From Mobula hypostoma (lineage: Eukaryota), in contig NC_086097.1 in NCBI RefSeq assembly GCF_963921235.1, positions 16,182,001-16,246,000 of the forward strand: a stretch of DNA of 64,000 nucleotides. Reading direction: 5' to 3'. Shown here in pieces: positions 61,827-64,000 of the stretch. Position numbers and translations under genes: made by a program. Each line of letters opens with the position of its first letter. Within the stretch, counting starts at the first letter, position 1. The notes beneath the pieces are model-generated. The model was not told the DNA's origin, did no database searches, and saw nothing but the letters and a program-made list of their open reading frames with translations.

Positions 61827-63750
61827 GTAAGGTTTTCATTGATGTTTTAACTTTTGTAAACATCTGCTTTATTAATTTGAAAGAAAATTACTTTAATGTC
61901 AGCAAATATCTCTCTTCAAGCATCTCAAAGAACTTCACTTTTGAAATGCCATTTTCTGGAGGAAATGGAGCAGTTGATTTATGCACAGTGTAATCTGCTT
62001 TTGTGATGTTCGTTGAGCAGCAGATATTAACCGAAGCACATAGTCTTCAGTGCCATGGAATCTGAAAGAGCAGACAATATCTTTAAGAGACAGCAGCTCT
62101 GTCAATTCAACTCCTCCTCAACCCACGGTCAGGTTAGATTTTTGTTTACATTTCTAGAGTGGGCCTTAAATCCATAATCTTCTGACTCCAAGGTGAGTCA
62201 GAGAAAGATTCAGCATAGAAATCAGCTCTTCAGCCCACCAAGTCAGGAAAGAACATCAACCACCAATTTACATTTGATATTAATTCCTTTTCTTTTGTAA
62301 TCCCAATCCCTATTAAACCACTCACCTGCACCCAATGGGCAATTTATCGTTGCAAATTACCCTGCAAACCTGTAGATCATTCAGATGTGGGAGGAAACTG
62401 GAGCACCCAGGGGAAGCACATGTGGTCAGTGTGCAAATTCCACACTGAGAGCACGAGGACAGGACTGAAACCTGGTGTCTGCTTTTGTGAGGTTGTGAAG
62501 CGATGAGCTATACCACGCCACTGCCTAAAGGACGCCAACAACTGGACTACATCCATTTACGTGGATAGATGTATTGATGAGGATAAATTATTACATGAGG
62601 TTGAGGCATTTGGTACAATTTCTGTTTAGCTGGTGAGATATTTAATTCTGAAGTGGAACAAAGATTAAACCAAATGCTTCATGAATTTTAACTCTATCTC
62701 TCATTTATAATTTTCTGTTTTCTCTGGTGTCTTGGGGCCTACAGCATTTCCATTTGAGGACAACTTTTACCTAAAATGTTAATTCATTCTTTGAATGCTG
62801 GGGGGGAGGGGTTGGTATTTTCAATATTTTTCTATTTCCATTTCAGATTTAAAATAGTTTTTCTTCAGTATATTTGTGGATATTACAGGGTATTTGATCA
62901 CAAACATTCAGGTATTTCTTTCACTCCTTCACTTGGGGATGTATGCAGGTGTTTGAATTTTGGTTAGTCACCAAACAGTTACACTGTGTGTGTGCGTGTG
63001 TATAAAAATCATAATCCATACATACACACAGTACTTTTGATATACGTAATGACCATAGGGGTGGTGAGTACCATTTCTGAACACCCACCCCCCACTTGAT
63101 AGATGCTTCTGTTGTCATTCCTCTGCTACTTCCACCCTAGTGCCAAACCCTCCAGACTACTGTTGTAACAGATTATTCCAGTATTTTCATTCCTTCAGTA
63201 TCGAGTTCATTCAATTTGTCCATTCTATCCAAAGAGCATCCTGACATCAGTCCTTAATTTCTTATTTACTAATTAAATTCAATTTTCCTGTTCGATCACA
63301 ATATCTACTATTCCTGATTATATTTTATTTACTTTTGAAAATGTATTTTATTTAGAGATCTTCCAGCACAACGAGCTGCACTGCCCAGCAACCCACTTAT
63401 TTAACAATAGCCTAATCAGAGCAATTTACAATTATCAATTAACCTACTAAGCAGTACGTCTTGGACTATGGAAGGAAACTGGAACACCCAGAGGAAACAC
63501 ACATAATTACAAGTGAAGAACGTTACAAGCTCCCTATCGATGCTGCTGGAATTGAACCCCCATTCCAGAAACACCTTGAGCTGTAATAGTGTCACACTAA
63601 CCATTTCCTTAAATCTTTTATGTCGAAGATATCCAAGATCTGTTTACTGATACTCCTTGGTCTCTTCCATCTTCTGCATATTCAAATGCCACTTATAGAG
63701 AGTGTGATCCTATTCATCCCTAATGTGCTGGGCTTTGTATCTTGCAAGTA

Positions 63751-64000
63751 CAAGGGGTGATTGATAAGTTCGTGGCCTAAGGTAGAAGGAGTCATTTATT
63801 TTTCAACATAGTCCCCTCCTACATTTACACACTTAGTCCAGCGGTCGTGGAGCATACGGATCTTGGACCTCTAGAAAGTGTCCACAGCAGGGGTGATTGA
63901 TAAGTTCGTGGCCTAAGGTAGAAGGAGATGAGTTATACAACTCTCGTTACATGCACATGCAGGTCAACTCTTTGATCATGCAGAAAGTTTGAAGTTAATA
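63751..64000. mobile_element. Mariner-type non-autonomous element, left part
   Basis: TA followed by caaggggtgattgataagttcgtggcc (mariner-like TIR); a 39-bp perfect direct repeat recurs at 63889-63927. Confidence 0.7.

Overview
Eukaryotic, repeat-dense vertebrate DNA. The repeat families (CR1, Rex1/L2, Penelope, V-SINE, Hero, Nimb) suggest a cartilaginous fish; this is an inference. One host gene is present on the + strand: RPS6KL1 (MIT domain plus a split pseudokinase). Eight coding exons between 37785 and 61826 splice in frame (2364 nt, 788 codons) and the 3' end lies beyond the window. A CpG-rich candidate promoter sits at about 14.7-15.6 kb, ahead of a ~22 kb repeat-filled 5' intron region. 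The rest is transposable elements: RTE/BovB-like, Hero, Tx1, CR1, Rex1, a near-complete Nimb/I LINE with RNase H, Penelope fragments, a solo LTR, hAT/Tigger/mariner elements and SINEs. Most interesting: (1) minimal hammerhead-ribozyme motifs in Penelope terminal repeats, from two families, some arranged as inverted pairs; (2) a domain-shuffled Hero derivative; (3) a perfect 36-bp-arm palindrome with a template-switch signature; (4) multi-level nested insertions; (5) a greatly expanded kinase insert and upstream ORFs in RPS6KL1. I found no prokaryotic systems, CRISPR arrays or rRNA/tRNA genes, and no wholly new system could be established from sequence alone.
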